Part shown: positions 7,469 through 17,037 of the stretch, in pieces
Position numbering within the stretch: position 1 is the stretch's first letter
How the letters are laid out: every line of letters begins with the position of its first letter
Virus record (IMG/VR): IMGVR_UViG_3300020374_000015
Location: 1 to 32,843 of that record
Strand: one strand, 5' to 3'
Origin: a virus
Taxonomy: Duplodnaviria > Caudoviricetes
Length of the DNA: 32,843 nucleotides
Notes under the pieces: model-generated
What the model saw: the letters and a program-made list of their open reading frames with translations, nothing else
Databases searched by the model: none
What the model was told of the DNA's origin: nothing
Program-made: the position numbers and the translations under genes

Positions 7469-9970
7469 ATGAATTTGGCGAGTAGTTTTTACACAAACGT
7501 TGTAGAGCATAAAGGTAAGCTTCTTATAAGAGGTGTCAATAACGGTCAATCTTATTTAAGTCGTATCAATTATAGTCCTACACTATATCTTCCTACAAAA
7601 GAACAATCAAAATTTAAAACACTAGACGGCATAAATTTAAAATCAAAGAGATTTGATTCTATATCAAAAGCAAAACATTTCTACCAAGAGTATAACGGCA
7701 TACCTGAATATAAAATCTATGGTATGAATAGATACAACTATCAATACATCGCTGACGAATACAAAGGCGAGATGAGATGGAATAAAGATTATATCAAACT
7801 ATTCACACTTGATATTGAAACTACTTGTGAGAACGGCTTTCCCGATCCTGATACTGCAAAAGAAAAGATTATTTGTATTACTGTAAAAAATCATACTAAC
7901 AAACAGATATTAACATGGGGTACAGGTGATTTTATTTCTAAAAAAGTAAACGTAACATATGTAAAATGTCAAAATGAAAAACACTTACTATTAGAGTTTC
8001 TAAAATTCTGGTGTAAAAATCATCCTGATATTGTTACTGGTTGGAATGTAAAATTCTTTGACATACCTTATCTTATGAATCGTATGAGATTTATGTTTGA
8101 TAATGATACAATTAATAAAATGTCGCCATGGAATTATGTCAATGCAGATAGAATACAACTTGGTCAAAAGAATCAACAATACTGGAATATACTAGGCGTA
8201 TCTGTATTAGATTATTTTGATCTGTATAAAAAATTTACTTATGTAAGGCAAGAGTCTTATAAACTAAATTACATTGCCAAGGTAGAACTAGGCGAATCTA
8301 AATTAGATAATCCATATGAAACGTTTAAAGATTTCTATACAAAAGACTATCAAAGATTTGTAGAGTATAATATACAAGACGTAGAACTTGTTGATAGACT
8401 TGAAGACAAAATGAAACTGATTGAGTTATGCTTGACTATGGCATATGACTACAAAGTAAATTATACAGATGTTTATTCACAAGTAAGATGTTGGGATACA
8501 TTAATCTATAATCATTTACTTACAAAAGATATTATTATACCACCAAGAGAGGATCAGATAAAAGATTCACAATACGAAGGTGCATATGTAAAAGATCCAC
8601 AGCTAGGATTACATAACTGGATTGTTTCGTTTGATTTGAACTCACTATATCCGCATTTAATTATGCAATACAATATTAGTCCTGAAACGTTTTTAGGTGT
8701 AGAACCTAAAGCAGTAGGCGTAGAAAACTTTTTAGATGAAAAACTAAATCTTAAATGGGCAAAAGATCGTAACGTAACTATCGCACCAAACGGCGCAATG
8801 TTTAAAAGAGATAAACAAGGTTTCTTACCTGAACTTATGGAGAAGATGTATACCGAACGTGTAGTATATAAGAAGAAATCTATAGAGGCAAAAAAAGAAT
8901 TTCAAAAGACAAAAGATCCTATATACAAAAATGAGATTAGTAGATGTCACAATATACAGATGGCAAAAAAGATTTCGCTAAACTCTGCTTATGGCGCAAT
9001 CGGTAATCAATACTTTAGATACTTTGATGTAAAACAGGCAGAAGCAATTACACTAGGTGGTCAGTTATCTATTCGTTGGATAGAACGTGATGTCAATAGA
9101 TTTATGAATAAGATTTTAAATACAGATAATGTGAATTATATTGTTGCGTCTGATACAGATTCCATCTATTTAAAACTTGACAAGTTAGTAGAAAAAGTTT
9201 GTAAAGATAAAACGCCACAACAGATTACAGATTTTATAAACAAAGCTGCTGAAGAAAAAATACAGAAAGTAATTGATGATAGTTTTGAAAATCTTGCCAA
9301 GTATGTAAATGCTTATCAACAGAAAATGATTATGAAACGAGAAGCAATTGCTAACAAAGGTATATGGGTTGCTAAAAAAAGATATATGATGAATGTATTT
9401 GATGAAGAAGGTATCAGATTTGATATACCTAAACTAAAAATTATGGGTGTTGAAGCAGTTAAATCATCCACACCTGAAGTTTGTAGAGGCAAAATTAAAG
9501 ACGCTATTCGTGTGATTATGAATGATAGCGAAGACGCATTGATTAAGTTTGTAACAGACTTTAAAGCAGTATTTAAGACACTCTCGCCAGAGGAGGTTGC
9601 CTTTCCTAGAAGTTGTAATAACATTGACAAATATGTTGATAGTAATTCAATCTATAAGAAAGGCACACCTATTCATGTAAAAGGCTCTCTAATATATAAT
9701 CATAATATACTAAAACATAAATTACAAAGAAAATATCCTATGATTAAAGATGGTGACAAGATTAAATTTTTAATGTTGAAACAACCTAATACAGTTAAAG
9801 ATACCGTAATATCTTTCTCTACAAAGATACCATATGAATTTGATCTACACAAATATGTAGATTACGATACACAATTTGAAAAAACATTTACTGATCCTCT
9901 ACGATTTATACTTGACTCGATAGGGTGGAAGTTAGAACGTGAGGCAACACTAGAGGCATTTTTCGGATGA
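7469..9970 (+). CDS. gp43: family B DNA polymerase (T4 gp43)
   Basis: Exonuclease DIET, GWN..FFD, YNIQD; polymerase SFDLNSLYP, K...NSAYG, SDTDS; uninterrupted. Confidence 0.97.
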   Translation: MNLASSFYTNVVEHKGKLLIRGVNNGQSYLSRINYSPTLYLPTKEQSKFKTLDGINLKSKRFDSISKAKHFYQEYNGIPEYKIYGMNRYNYQYIADEYKGEMRWNKDYIKLFTLDIETTCENGFPDPDTAKEKIICITVKNHTNKQILTWGTGDFISKKVNVTYVKCQNEKHLLLEFLKFWCKNHPDIVTGWNVKFFDIPYLMNRMRFMFDNDTINKMSPWNYVNADRIQLGQKNQQYWNILGVSVLDYFDLYKKFTYVRQESYKLNYIAKVELGESKLDNPYETFKDFYTKDYQRFVEYNIQDVELVDRLEDKMKLIELCLTMAYDYKVNYTDVYSQVRCWDTLIYNHLLTKDIIIPPREDQIKDSQYEGAYVKDPQLGLHNWIVSFDLNSLYPHLIMQYNISPETFLGVEPKAVGVENFLDEKLNLKWAKDRNVTIAPNGAMFKRDKQGFLPELMEKMYTERVVYKKKSIEAKKEFQKTKDPIYKNEISRCHNIQMAKKISLNSAYGAIGNQYFRYFDVKQAEAITLGGQLSIRWIERDVNRFMNKILNTDNVNYIVASDTDSIYLKLDKLVEKVCKDKTPQQITDFINKAAEEKIQKVIDDSFENLAKYVNAYQQKMIMKREAIANKGIWVAKKRYMMNVFDEEGIRFDIPKLKIMGVEAVKSSTPEVCRGKIKDAIRVIMNDSEDALIKFVTDFKAVFKTLSPEEVAFPRSCNNIDKYVDSNSIYKKGTPIHVKGSLIYNHNILKHKLQRKYPMIKDGDKIKFLMLKQPNTVKDTVISFSTKIPYEFDLHKYVDYDTQFEKTFTDPLRFILDSIGWKLEREATLEAFFG

Positions 9971-10110
9971 TTACTAACCTAATACTTTTTTATCTAACAA
10001 TTTATGTATTCTTTATATGGGGTCAAAATATAGCAAGAACACCATTAGATACTAAAGTATTTTTAATTATAATGTTATCAATATGGATATTAGCAAAAAA
10101 TATAACGTGA
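9967..10110 (+). CDS. small two-helix membrane protein (47 aa, absent from ORF track)
   Basis: MITNLILFYLTIYVFFIWGQNIARTPLDTKVFLIIMLSIWILAKNIT; ATGA overlap with the gp43 stop. Confidence 0.6.
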   Translation: MITNLILFYLTIYVFFIWGQNIARTPLDTKVFLIIMLSIWILAKNIT

Positions 10111-10622
10111 TATATGCAGACCCACCGTGGTCGTTTAAAACATATTCAGACAAAGGCAAAGGTAGAAGTCCTGAAAAACATTATAGCGTTATGACATTTA
10201 AAGATATAAAAGATTTGCCTGTAAATAAAATTGCAAATGATGATTCAGTTTTATTAATGTGGGTAGTTGATCCCTTATTAGATAAAGCATTTGAAGTAAT
10301 TAATGCTTGGGGTTTCAAATACAAAACTGTAGCCTTTACGTGGGCAAAGACAAATAAAAAATCTGAAGGCTTCTTTACAGGTCTAGGTTACTGGACTAGA
10401 GGTAATCCAGAGATGTGTTTATTAGCAACAAAAGGTAAACCTAAAAGACTATCAAAGAGTGTGCCACAATTAGTTGTAGAAAAACGTAGAGAACATAGTC
10501 GTAAACCAGACATAATGTATAGTCATATAGAGAACTTGTTAGAAGGACCCTATATAGAGATGTTTGCTAGACAACAAAGAGATGGTTGGGATCAGTATGG
10601 AAATGAGGTAGATAAGTGGTAG
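10083..10622 (+). CDS. MT-A70 family adenine methyltransferase
   Basis: VIYADPPW catalytic motif, LMW, WGF.YKT, GLGYWTR, HSRKP, EMFAR. Confidence 0.92.
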   Translation: MDISKKYNVIYADPPWSFKTYSDKGKGRSPEKHYSVMTFKDIKDLPVNKIANDDSVLLMWVVDPLLDKAFEVINAWGFKYKTVAFTWAKTNKKSEGFFTGLGYWTRGNPEMCLLATKGKPKRLSKSVPQLVVEKRREHSRKPDIMYSHIENLLEGPYIEMFARQQRDGWDQYGNEVDKW

Positions 10623-10711
10623 AATTGACATTAGCAATATTTTATGTTATACTAGCCTTTGGTTTTGTAATATGGTTATTAAGAAAGTGGAATGATGAAG
10701 TACCTAAGTAA
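10616..10711 (+). CDS. small single-helix membrane protein (31 aa, absent from ORF track)
   Basis: GTG start with GAGGT RBS; MVELTLAIFYVILAFGFVIWLLRKWNDEVPK. Confidence 0.45.
   Translation: MVELTLAIFYVILAFGFVIWLLRKWNDEVPK
10625..10653 (+). promoter_or_regulatory. sigma70-type promoter
   Basis: TTGACA-17 bp-TATACT with TG extension, upstream of the second methyltransferase. Confidence 0.65.
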
Positions 10712-11954
10712 ATACGCAGATGAAAATAAATTGCCTGTAATGGATCAACAACAATTTGAAACTGTTACAGATGATATTGGCAAAGTACAATTTAGATTAG
10801 ACCTTGCAGATTATATTGAAGAACACAGACCTAAATTTCCTCTAAAGGAAATTTCATATGAGGTAATGCGTCAATGTTTTAAATCTTTACAGAAACAAGA
10901 TGTATGGGAATATGTAAAACCTGTAGAACAATTAGAGAAGAATGTAAAAGAAAAATATGATGATTACAAATATAATTTTAAAGACCATGGTCTAGGTATC
11001 ATAGACGCACCATCTATATTTAATGATGTGTCAAATTACTTTCATCAACATTTAAGATTGAATTGTGGTAGTTTTGGTTTCAAAGCACCTATAGAAGTAT
11101 GGGAAAAAGGATCGTCAATAGACATATGGCGTTGTTTAGGTCCTATATGGCGTGGTATCAATGGCATGAAACCAGTAATGGTTGATGGTAGAGAAGAATT
11201 AAGAGGTGGTAAATTAGATGATAAAAGTTACATGTCAGCGTTTAGATTGGGTACGTATATTGCAACACAATTTAAACCTAATGTAGCAAAGACAATCTAT
11301 CAGATGACAAATGCCAAAAGAGTATTAGATACATCATGTGGTTGGGGTGATAGACTTGCAGGTTTCTTTACTAGTGACGCTGAAGAATATATCGGTTGTG
11401 ATCCTAATCCTAATACTTTCAAACAATATTTAAAACAAGTAGAAACATATAATAGTTTCTTATCTAAACCTAAAAAGGTAACACTATACAATTGTGGTGC
11501 TGAAGATTTACCATGGGATAAAATAGATAATATAGATTGTGCATTTACAAGTCCACCATACTTTTCTACAGAAAGATATAACGAGGGTGGTGAGAAAGAA
11601 GAAAATCAATCATGGCATAAGTTTGATGAATATTCTAAATGGCGTGATGATTTCTATTTGCCTGTTGCTCAAAAAAGTTTTGAAAGATCAAAACATATGT
11701 TTGTAAATATTATGGATCCTAATATTAAAAATAAAAGATATTATTCAAGTGATGAACTAGTTGATAGTTTAAAAGATAACTTTGTAGGTCAGATAGGTAT
11801 GAGGATTATGCAAAGACCTAAATCAGATAAACTATTTAAAAGTGAAGAAGAAAAAGCAGAGTTTATGAATAGAATATATATTGAGAATGTCTGGTGTTTT
11901 TCAAAAGAAAAACTAGATTACTTTAGGCATAGTAGAAGAGCAACCTTATTTTAA
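10692..11954 (+). CDS. amino-type (N4-C/N6-A) DNA methyltransferase-like protein
   Basis: SAM-binding VLDTSCGWGDRL, GCDPN, catalytic FTSPPY. Confidence 0.8.
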   Translation: MMKYLSKYADENKLPVMDQQQFETVTDDIGKVQFRLDLADYIEEHRPKFPLKEISYEVMRQCFKSLQKQDVWEYVKPVEQLEKNVKEKYDDYKYNFKDHGLGIIDAPSIFNDVSNYFHQHLRLNCGSFGFKAPIEVWEKGSSIDIWRCLGPIWRGINGMKPVMVDGREELRGGKLDDKSYMSAFRLGTYIATQFKPNVAKTIYQMTNAKRVLDTSCGWGDRLAGFFTSDAEEYIGCDPNPNTFKQYLKQVETYNSFLSKPKKVTLYNCGAEDLPWDKIDNIDCAFTSPPYFSTERYNEGGEKEENQSWHKFDEYSKWRDDFYLPVAQKSFERSKHMFVNIMDPNIKNKRYYSSDELVDSLKDNFVGQIGMRIMQRPKSDKLFKSEEEKAEFMNRIYIENVWCFSKEKLDYFRHSRRATLF

Positions 11955-12598
11955 TGTTAGTAGTAGATGTAGCAATAACAAACTTGTGTAATGCAAGATG
12001 TCCTCAATGCGAAAGAACTGATAGAAATGGTCTAGGCACAGTTAGTACTTTACCTTTGACAACGTGGTCACTAAATGATTTTAAAAAAAGATTTACTATT
12101 AAGTGTTTAGAAGATATAAGCGAAGTAAGTTTTTGTGGTACATGGGGTGATCCTTTAATGGCAAAGGATATAGAGCCTATTGTACATTATATAATTGATA
12201 ATAGTAAAGCAAGAATAATGATAACAACAAATGGTAGTATTCGTACAGATAAATTTTATTGGGACCTAGGTATATATTGTGGCAGACGGTTATCTATGGT
12301 TATAGATGTTGATGGTATAGATGAACAAATGCACCAGAAATATAGAAGAGGTACATCGCTTAGAAAATCATTAGACGCCTTAACATCTTTATCACAAACT
12401 AAAGCAATACCTTTATCACAAAGTATTATATTTAAACATAACGAAGAATATAAAGATCAGATAAAAGAATTAGCGTTATCACATGGCTCACATTTTCATC
12501 AACACTATAATAGTGATAGATTTTATGGCAAGAATGAATGGCACTTTATAAATGAGAAAGGTCAAAAAGAATTTTTAGAGAGAACAACCCATGTCTAA
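11954..12598 (+). CDS. radical SAM protein (core domain only)
   Basis: CNARCPQC (CxxxCxxC), FCG.WGDP, TTNG, DG..HQKYRRG. Confidence 0.88.
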   Translation: MLVVDVAITNLCNARCPQCERTDRNGLGTVSTLPLTTWSLNDFKKRFTIKCLEDISEVSFCGTWGDPLMAKDIEPIVHYIIDNSKARIMITTNGSIRTDKFYWDLGIYCGRRLSMVIDVDGIDEQMHQKYRRGTSLRKSLDALTSLSQTKAIPLSQSIIFKHNEEYKDQIKELALSHGSHFHQHYNSDRFYGKNEWHFINEKGQKEFLERTTHV

Positions 12599-12896
12599 AA
12601 TAGTTTGTCAATGGCGTGAAAACAATAATAGATATATGGTCAATCCAGATGGTCAAGTATTTCAATGTTGTTTCTTAAAAAAGAACTTTGATAAAACAGA
12701 TGAGCGAGACCACTTTAGAAAAGGATCACATCCTTGGGTTGATGAGTATTTAGAAAACAAAGAAAAATACAATTTAGAAAACCATAGTATGAAAGAAATA
12801 GTTGATAGTGAATTGTTTAGTAAGAAACTACCAGACTCATGGAAGAATCCTGACACAGCGCCAGGTCCATGTCAAAGATATTGTAAGGTCAAATAA
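12591..12896 (+). CDS. stand-alone SPASM/twitch-like auxiliary Fe-S domain protein
   Basis: C...Y.VNPDGQVFQCC...C..YC pattern; overlaps the radical SAM stop codon. Confidence 0.7.
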   Translation: MSKIVCQWRENNNRYMVNPDGQVFQCCFLKKNFDKTDERDHFRKGSHPWVDEYLENKEKYNLENHSMKEIVDSELFSKKLPDSWKNPDTAPGPCQRYCKVK

Positions 12897-12901
12897 TAAA
12901 T

Positions 12902-13159
12902 ATGAGTATGGCAATCTCAAAACAATCATATACAGACCTCAAAGAATATTGGGACTATCAAAGATTACTTGAATACAATAGAGAACTACTACAACAAAGG
13001 TTATCTAAAGTAAATGAAACAGTTTATGCACAATTCGGGCATATAAACACGGATACTATGTTTGATAAGATATGGATGGATATAAGACACGAGGATTTAG
13101 AAACACCTATTGTGGGGTGGGTACCTCAAAATGAGAAATATAGATTTGAATGGGAGTGA
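12902..13159 (+). CDS. hypothetical protein
   Basis: ORF in operon orientation; LKEYWDYQR. Confidence 0.6.
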   Translation: MSMAISKQSYTDLKEYWDYQRLLEYNRELLQQRLSKVNETVYAQFGHINTDTMFDKIWMDIRHEDLETPIVGWVPQNEKYRFEWE

Positions 13160-13163
13160 CAGC

Positions 13164-13192
13164 TTGACAAATGATGTTAAAATTGATATAAT
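13164..13192 (+). promoter_or_regulatory. sigma70-type promoter for uvsX
   Basis: Perfect TTGACA-17 bp-TATAAT with TG extension. Confidence 0.8.
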
Positions 13193-13216
13193 ATATACAC
13201 AAACGGAGAATATAAT

Positions 13217-14236
13217 ATGAGTGACTTTTTAAAAGATATAATAAAAGAAACAGGTAATGAATATGCTACACTTGTAAGTGAAGGTGTAGAAGCAGGTGAT
13301 GTAGATAGTTTTATAGACACAGGCTCTTTGGCGTTTAACGCTTTATTATCTGGTTCAATCTATGGTGGTATGCCATCAAACAAAATAACAGCGATTGCAG
13401 GTGAAGCTGCAACAGGTAAAACTTTCTTTGCATTAGGTATTGTAAAAGCATTTTTAGATAAAAACAAAGACGCAGGTGTAATTTACTTTGAGTCAGAAAG
13501 TGCATTAACAAAAGAATTAGTTGAGGCTCGTGGTATAGATAGTAAGAGAATGGTCATAGTACCAGTTGCCACAGTACAAGAGTTTAGACATCAATCAATC
13601 AAAGTAATTGACAAATACCTAGAACAAGGTGAAGATAAAAGAAAACCTTTGATGTTTGTATTAGATAGTTTAGGAATGTTATCTACTACAAAAGAAATGG
13701 AAGATACTGCTGAGGGTAAAGAAACTAGAGATATGACTAGATCGCAAATAGTCAAAGCAGCCTTTAGAGTATTAACTTTAAAACTAGGTAAAGCAAAAGT
13801 ACCTATGATTATGACTAATCATACATATGATGTTATAGGCTCAATGTTTCCTCAAAAGGAGATGGGCGGTGGTAGTGGATTAAAATACGCTGCAAGTAAT
13901 ATCGTATATCTATCTAAACGTAAAGAGAAAGATGGCAAAGAAATTATAGGTAATATAATTCATTGTAAAAATTACAAATCAAGGTTGACAAAAGAGAATG
14001 CTTTGATTGATGTAAGATTAACTTATAAAGATGGCCTTGATAAGTATTATGGTTTATTAGAACTTGCAATTAAGCATGGTATATTTAAATCAGTATCTAC
14101 AAGGGTAGAGTTACCTGATGGATCAAAACAATATGCAAAAACTATCAATAATGAACCTGATAAATTCTTTACTAAAGATGTTCTCGCTCAAATTGACGAG
14201 GCAGCCAAAAAAGAATTCCTCTATGGCGCAGAATAG
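13217..14236 (+). CDS. uvsX: RecA-like recombinase UvsX
   Basis: [40 protein letters not shown]. Confidence 0.95.
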   Translation: MSDFLKDIIKETGNEYATLVSEGVEAGDVDSFIDTGSLAFNALLSGSIYGGMPSNKITAIAGEAATGKTFFALGIVKAFLDKNKDAGVIYFESESALTKELVEARGIDSKRMVIVPVATVQEFRHQSIKVIDKYLEQGEDKRKPLMFVLDSLGMLSTTKEMEDTAEGKETRDMTRSQIVKAAFRVLTLKLGKAKVPMIMTNHTYDVIGSMFPQKEMGGGSGLKYAASNIVYLSKRKEKDGKEIIGNIIHCKNYKSRLTKENALIDVRLTYKDGLDKYYGLLELAIKHGIFKSVSTRVELPDGSKQYAKTINNEPDKFFTKDVLAQIDEAAKKEFLYGAE

Positions 14237-14510
14237 ATATGTCTTTGCTCAACGTGATGTTGATGATTTTAGTTGCATAAAGATTGTTGAAGGCGACTAT
14301 AAAGATATTATATACACGTATGGACATGTAAAGTTTGCCTCGGAAGAGAATGCTAAAGGCGAGATACCTTTAAAGTTTGATTATGATGTAAAGGTAAATC
14401 CTAATAATATTGATACAACAAGTGAAGATTTTAGGAATTACATAGGCGATATATTGATAGAAGTGGTAGAAAAACAATTAGAAGATGGTACAATTAGATT
14501 TCAAAAGTGA
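14223..14510 (+). CDS. gp40-like head assembly chaperone/hypothetical (start reassigned from 14118)
   Basis: Position right after uvsX; [17 protein letters not shown]...FDYDV...F...IGDIL pattern; ATG at 14223 overlaps the uvsX end. Confidence 0.55.
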   Translation: MAQNRYVFAQRDVDDFSCIKIVEGDYKDIIYTYGHVKFASEENAKGEIPLKFDYDVKVNPNNIDTTSEDFRNYIGDILIEVVEKQLEDGTIRFQK

Positions 14511-15051
14511 TTATATATGCACGTATAAGAATGTGCTTAATAAACAACAATGTCAGCACTTGATAGATAAGTTTGAGGATTCTCCGACTCAACAGACTAA
14601 AACTATCGTAGATAATCATATGTCATTTACTGAAATTAATATTAGTATGCACAATGACTGGAAAGAATATACAAGCATTATCTTTCCTAAACTCCGACAG
14701 GTCATTGACAAATATACAAAAGATGTTAATATAGATAATATAAAACAATGGCCAAATAAATTTGGTTTTGAACAGATAAGATTTAAAAAGTATGAACCTA
14801 ACGGTGAAGATGAATTTAGAGCACACGTGGATGTTACAGACTATAATAGTGCAAGAAGATTTTTAGTTTTTTTTATGTATTTAAATAATAATGATGGAGG
14901 CAATACAACATTTCCTGACTATGATATTGAGATTAAACCTGAGGCAGGTAAAGTCTTGGTGTTTCCTCCATTATGGACTTTTAAACATACAGGTGAAAAG
15001 CCTATCAATCAACCAAAGTACATTATAGGAAGTTATCTACATTATGTCTGA
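14485..15051 (+). CDS. 2OG-Fe(II) oxygenase (prolyl-4-hydroxylase-like)
   Basis: F..HVD, FMYLN, GG.T.F, FPP.W..H.G, KY motifs. Confidence 0.9.
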   Translation: MVQLDFKSDYICTYKNVLNKQQCQHLIDKFEDSPTQQTKTIVDNHMSFTEINISMHNDWKEYTSIIFPKLRQVIDKYTKDVNIDNIKQWPNKFGFEQIRFKKYEPNGEDEFRAHVDVTDYNSARRFLVFFMYLNNNDGGNTTFPDYDIEIKPEAGKVLVFPPLWTFKHTGEKPINQPKYIIGSYLHYV

Positions 15052-16432
15052 TTTTGAAAAAACATTATTATCTAATCTAATTCATAACGAAGACTTTACC
15101 AGAAAAACAATACCTTTTATTAAAGAAGATTTTTTTAGAAATAGAGATGAAGTAACTCTATTTAAAATCATAAATGCTTTTGTTGTTAAGTATAACAACC
15201 TACCTACAAAAGAAGCAATCGCTATTGAGTTGTCTAATAACAAAACACTTACCGAAGACGAATTTAAAAATACAAAAACATTATTGAACTCATTGATACA
15301 TGAGGAAGTTGAACAACAATGGTTGTTAGATACAACAGAAAAATGGTGTAAAGATCGTGCTGTGTATAATGCAGTATTACAAGGTATCAAAATCATTGAT
15401 GGTAAAGATAAGAAACATACACCAGAGGCAATACCTACTATCTTATCAGACGCATTAGGCGTTTCATTTGATAGACATATAGGGCATGATTATCTTGCCA
15501 TGACAGATGAGCGATTTGATTATTACCATAGAGTAGAAGAAAGATTAAAGTTTGATTTAAATTATTTCAATCGTATTACAAAAGGTGGTCTACCACCTAA
15601 AACACTTAACGTTGCTCTTGCAGGTACTGGTGTTGGTAAATCTTTGTTTATGTGTCATGTTGCAAGTAGTGTAATTGCTCAAGGCAAGAATGTATTGTAT
15701 ATTACATTAGAGATGGCTGAAGAAAGAATTGCTGAAAGAATTGACGCTAATTTATTAGATGTTACAATTGATGATCTTTATGAAATGCCTAAAGAGATAT
15801 ACGATAACAAAACACAAAAGTTACAAAATAAAATTAATGGGCAACTAATTATTAAAGAATACCCTACGGCAGCTGCTCATGCTGGTCATTTTAAATCTTT
15901 GATGGATGAACTTGCATTAAAGAAATCATTTAAACCAGATATAGTATTCATTGACTATTTAAATATATGTTCATCAAGTAGATTTAAAGGTGGTAATATA
16001 TCTTCATATTTTTATGTTAAGGCAATCGCTGAAGAATTAAGAGGTCTTGCAGTACAATATAATGTGCCTATTGTATCTGCTACTCAAACAACCAGATCAG
16101 GTTATCTGTCAAGTGATGTTGGTTTAGAAGATACTTCAGAATCATTTGGTCTTCCTGCAACTGCTGACTTCATGTTTGCTCTAATATCAAATGAAGAATT
16201 AGAAGAACTAGGTCAGATTAAAGTTAAACAATTAAAGAATAGATACAATGATCCTGCTGTCAATCGTGCATTTATAATCGGTGTAGATAGAAGTAAGATG
16301 AGATTATATGATGTAGAACAATCAGCACAACAGATTGTAGATAGTAACCAAGAAAGTAAGGAGAAGATTGAGAAACCATCAGGCCCACAATCTGTGGACG
16401 TGTATGATAAGTTTTCAGATTTTAAAGTATAA
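15044..16432 (+). CDS. gp41: replicative DNA helicase (T4 gp41)
   Basis: AGTGVGKS, YITLEMAEE, IDYLN, SATQTTR, SESFGLP, KNRY. Confidence 0.95.
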   Translation: MSDFEKTLLSNLIHNEDFTRKTIPFIKEDFFRNRDEVTLFKIINAFVVKYNNLPTKEAIAIELSNNKTLTEDEFKNTKTLLNSLIHEEVEQQWLLDTTEKWCKDRAVYNAVLQGIKIIDGKDKKHTPEAIPTILSDALGVSFDRHIGHDYLAMTDERFDYYHRVEERLKFDLNYFNRITKGGLPPKTLNVALAGTGVGKSLFMCHVASSVIAQGKNVLYITLEMAEERIAERIDANLLDVTIDDLYEMPKEIYDNKTQKLQNKINGQLIIKEYPTAAAHAGHFKSLMDELALKKSFKPDIVFIDYLNICSSSRFKGGNISSYFYVKAIAEELRGLAVQYNVPIVSATQTTRSGYLSSDVGLEDTSESFGLPATADFMFALISNEELEELGQIKVKQLKNRYNDPAVNRAFIIGVDRSKMRLYDVEQSAQQIVDSNQESKEKIEKPSGPQSVDVYDKFSDFKV

Positions 16433-16728
16433 TGAAAGAAGACATAATAAAAGAATTAAAAACAGTTTATGATCCTGAAATGCCATCTGTAGATGTATTT
16501 AATTTAGGACTGATTTACGATATTGATATAAAAGAAGACAAGAAAGTTACAATAACTCACACATTGACCTCTATGTTATGCCCAGCAGCCGATATAATAA
16601 GTAAGAATATAAAAGAAGCTACTGAACGTGTTGCAGGTGAAGGTAATGTAAAAATTATATTAACACATACTCCACCATTTAGTAGAGATATGTTAAGTGA
16701 AGAAGCCAAATTAATACTAAACATGTAG
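16432..16728 (+). CDS. DUF59 / SufT-PaaD-like Fe-S cluster assembly protein
   Basis: LKTVYDPE...LGLIYDI...TLTS..CP..D signature. Confidence 0.85.
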   Translation: MKEDIIKELKTVYDPEMPSVDVFNLGLIYDIDIKEDKKVTITHTLTSMLCPAADIISKNIKEATERVAGEGNVKIILTHTPPFSRDMLSEEAKLILNM

Positions 16729-16735
16729 GATAACA

Positions 16736-17029
16736 ATGGCAACAAAAAGAAAAAGAAAACCATCTATCTACTATAAGACAGAAATGGTTAAGTCAAAAGG
16801 CGAAATCATATGGCGTTGTGTTGAAATGCCTAGTAAGTTAGTATTACAAGAGTCTTTCTTTGAGGAAGATGTAAAGAAACTTACTAAATTTCAAAACAAA
16901 AATAAGACATTTGGTGTCTTTGGTTTTCCACCTTTCTTTGATTGTAGAGGTGAAAAAGAGAAGATATTAGATAAGGGTAGGACAAATTATAATTCTCCTG
17001 CTAGAAGCAGAGGTAGAAGCCGTGCATAA
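16736..17029 (+). CDS. hypothetical basic protein
   Basis: AGGA RBS; FG..GFPPF motif. Confidence 0.6.
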   Translation: MATKRKRKPSIYYKTEMVKSKGEIIWRCVEMPSKLVLQESFFEEDVKKLTKFQNKNKTFGVFGFPPFFDCRGEKEKILDKGRTNYNSPARSRGRSRA

Positions 17030-17032
17030 ATA
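17025..17032 (+). promoter_or_regulatory. late-promoter variant
   Basis: CATAAATA, 5 nt before the ATG at 17038. Confidence 0.5.
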
Positions 17033-17037
17033 TATGT

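Noticed and set aside
7469-9970. Intron, intein or split in gp43 (also checked gp41 and uvsX)
   Set aside because: ORFs are continuous and of normal length
13217-13249. UvsX N-terminus [11 protein letters not shown] as a capsid-targeting leader
   Set aside because: Partial match only, early promoter, and it looks like the normal UvsX N-terminal helix; it shows the leader motif can arise by chance and needs statistical testing
14118-14222. Extended N-terminus of the gp40-like ORF
   Set aside because: Lies inside uvsX; ATG at 14223 gives the usual short overlap
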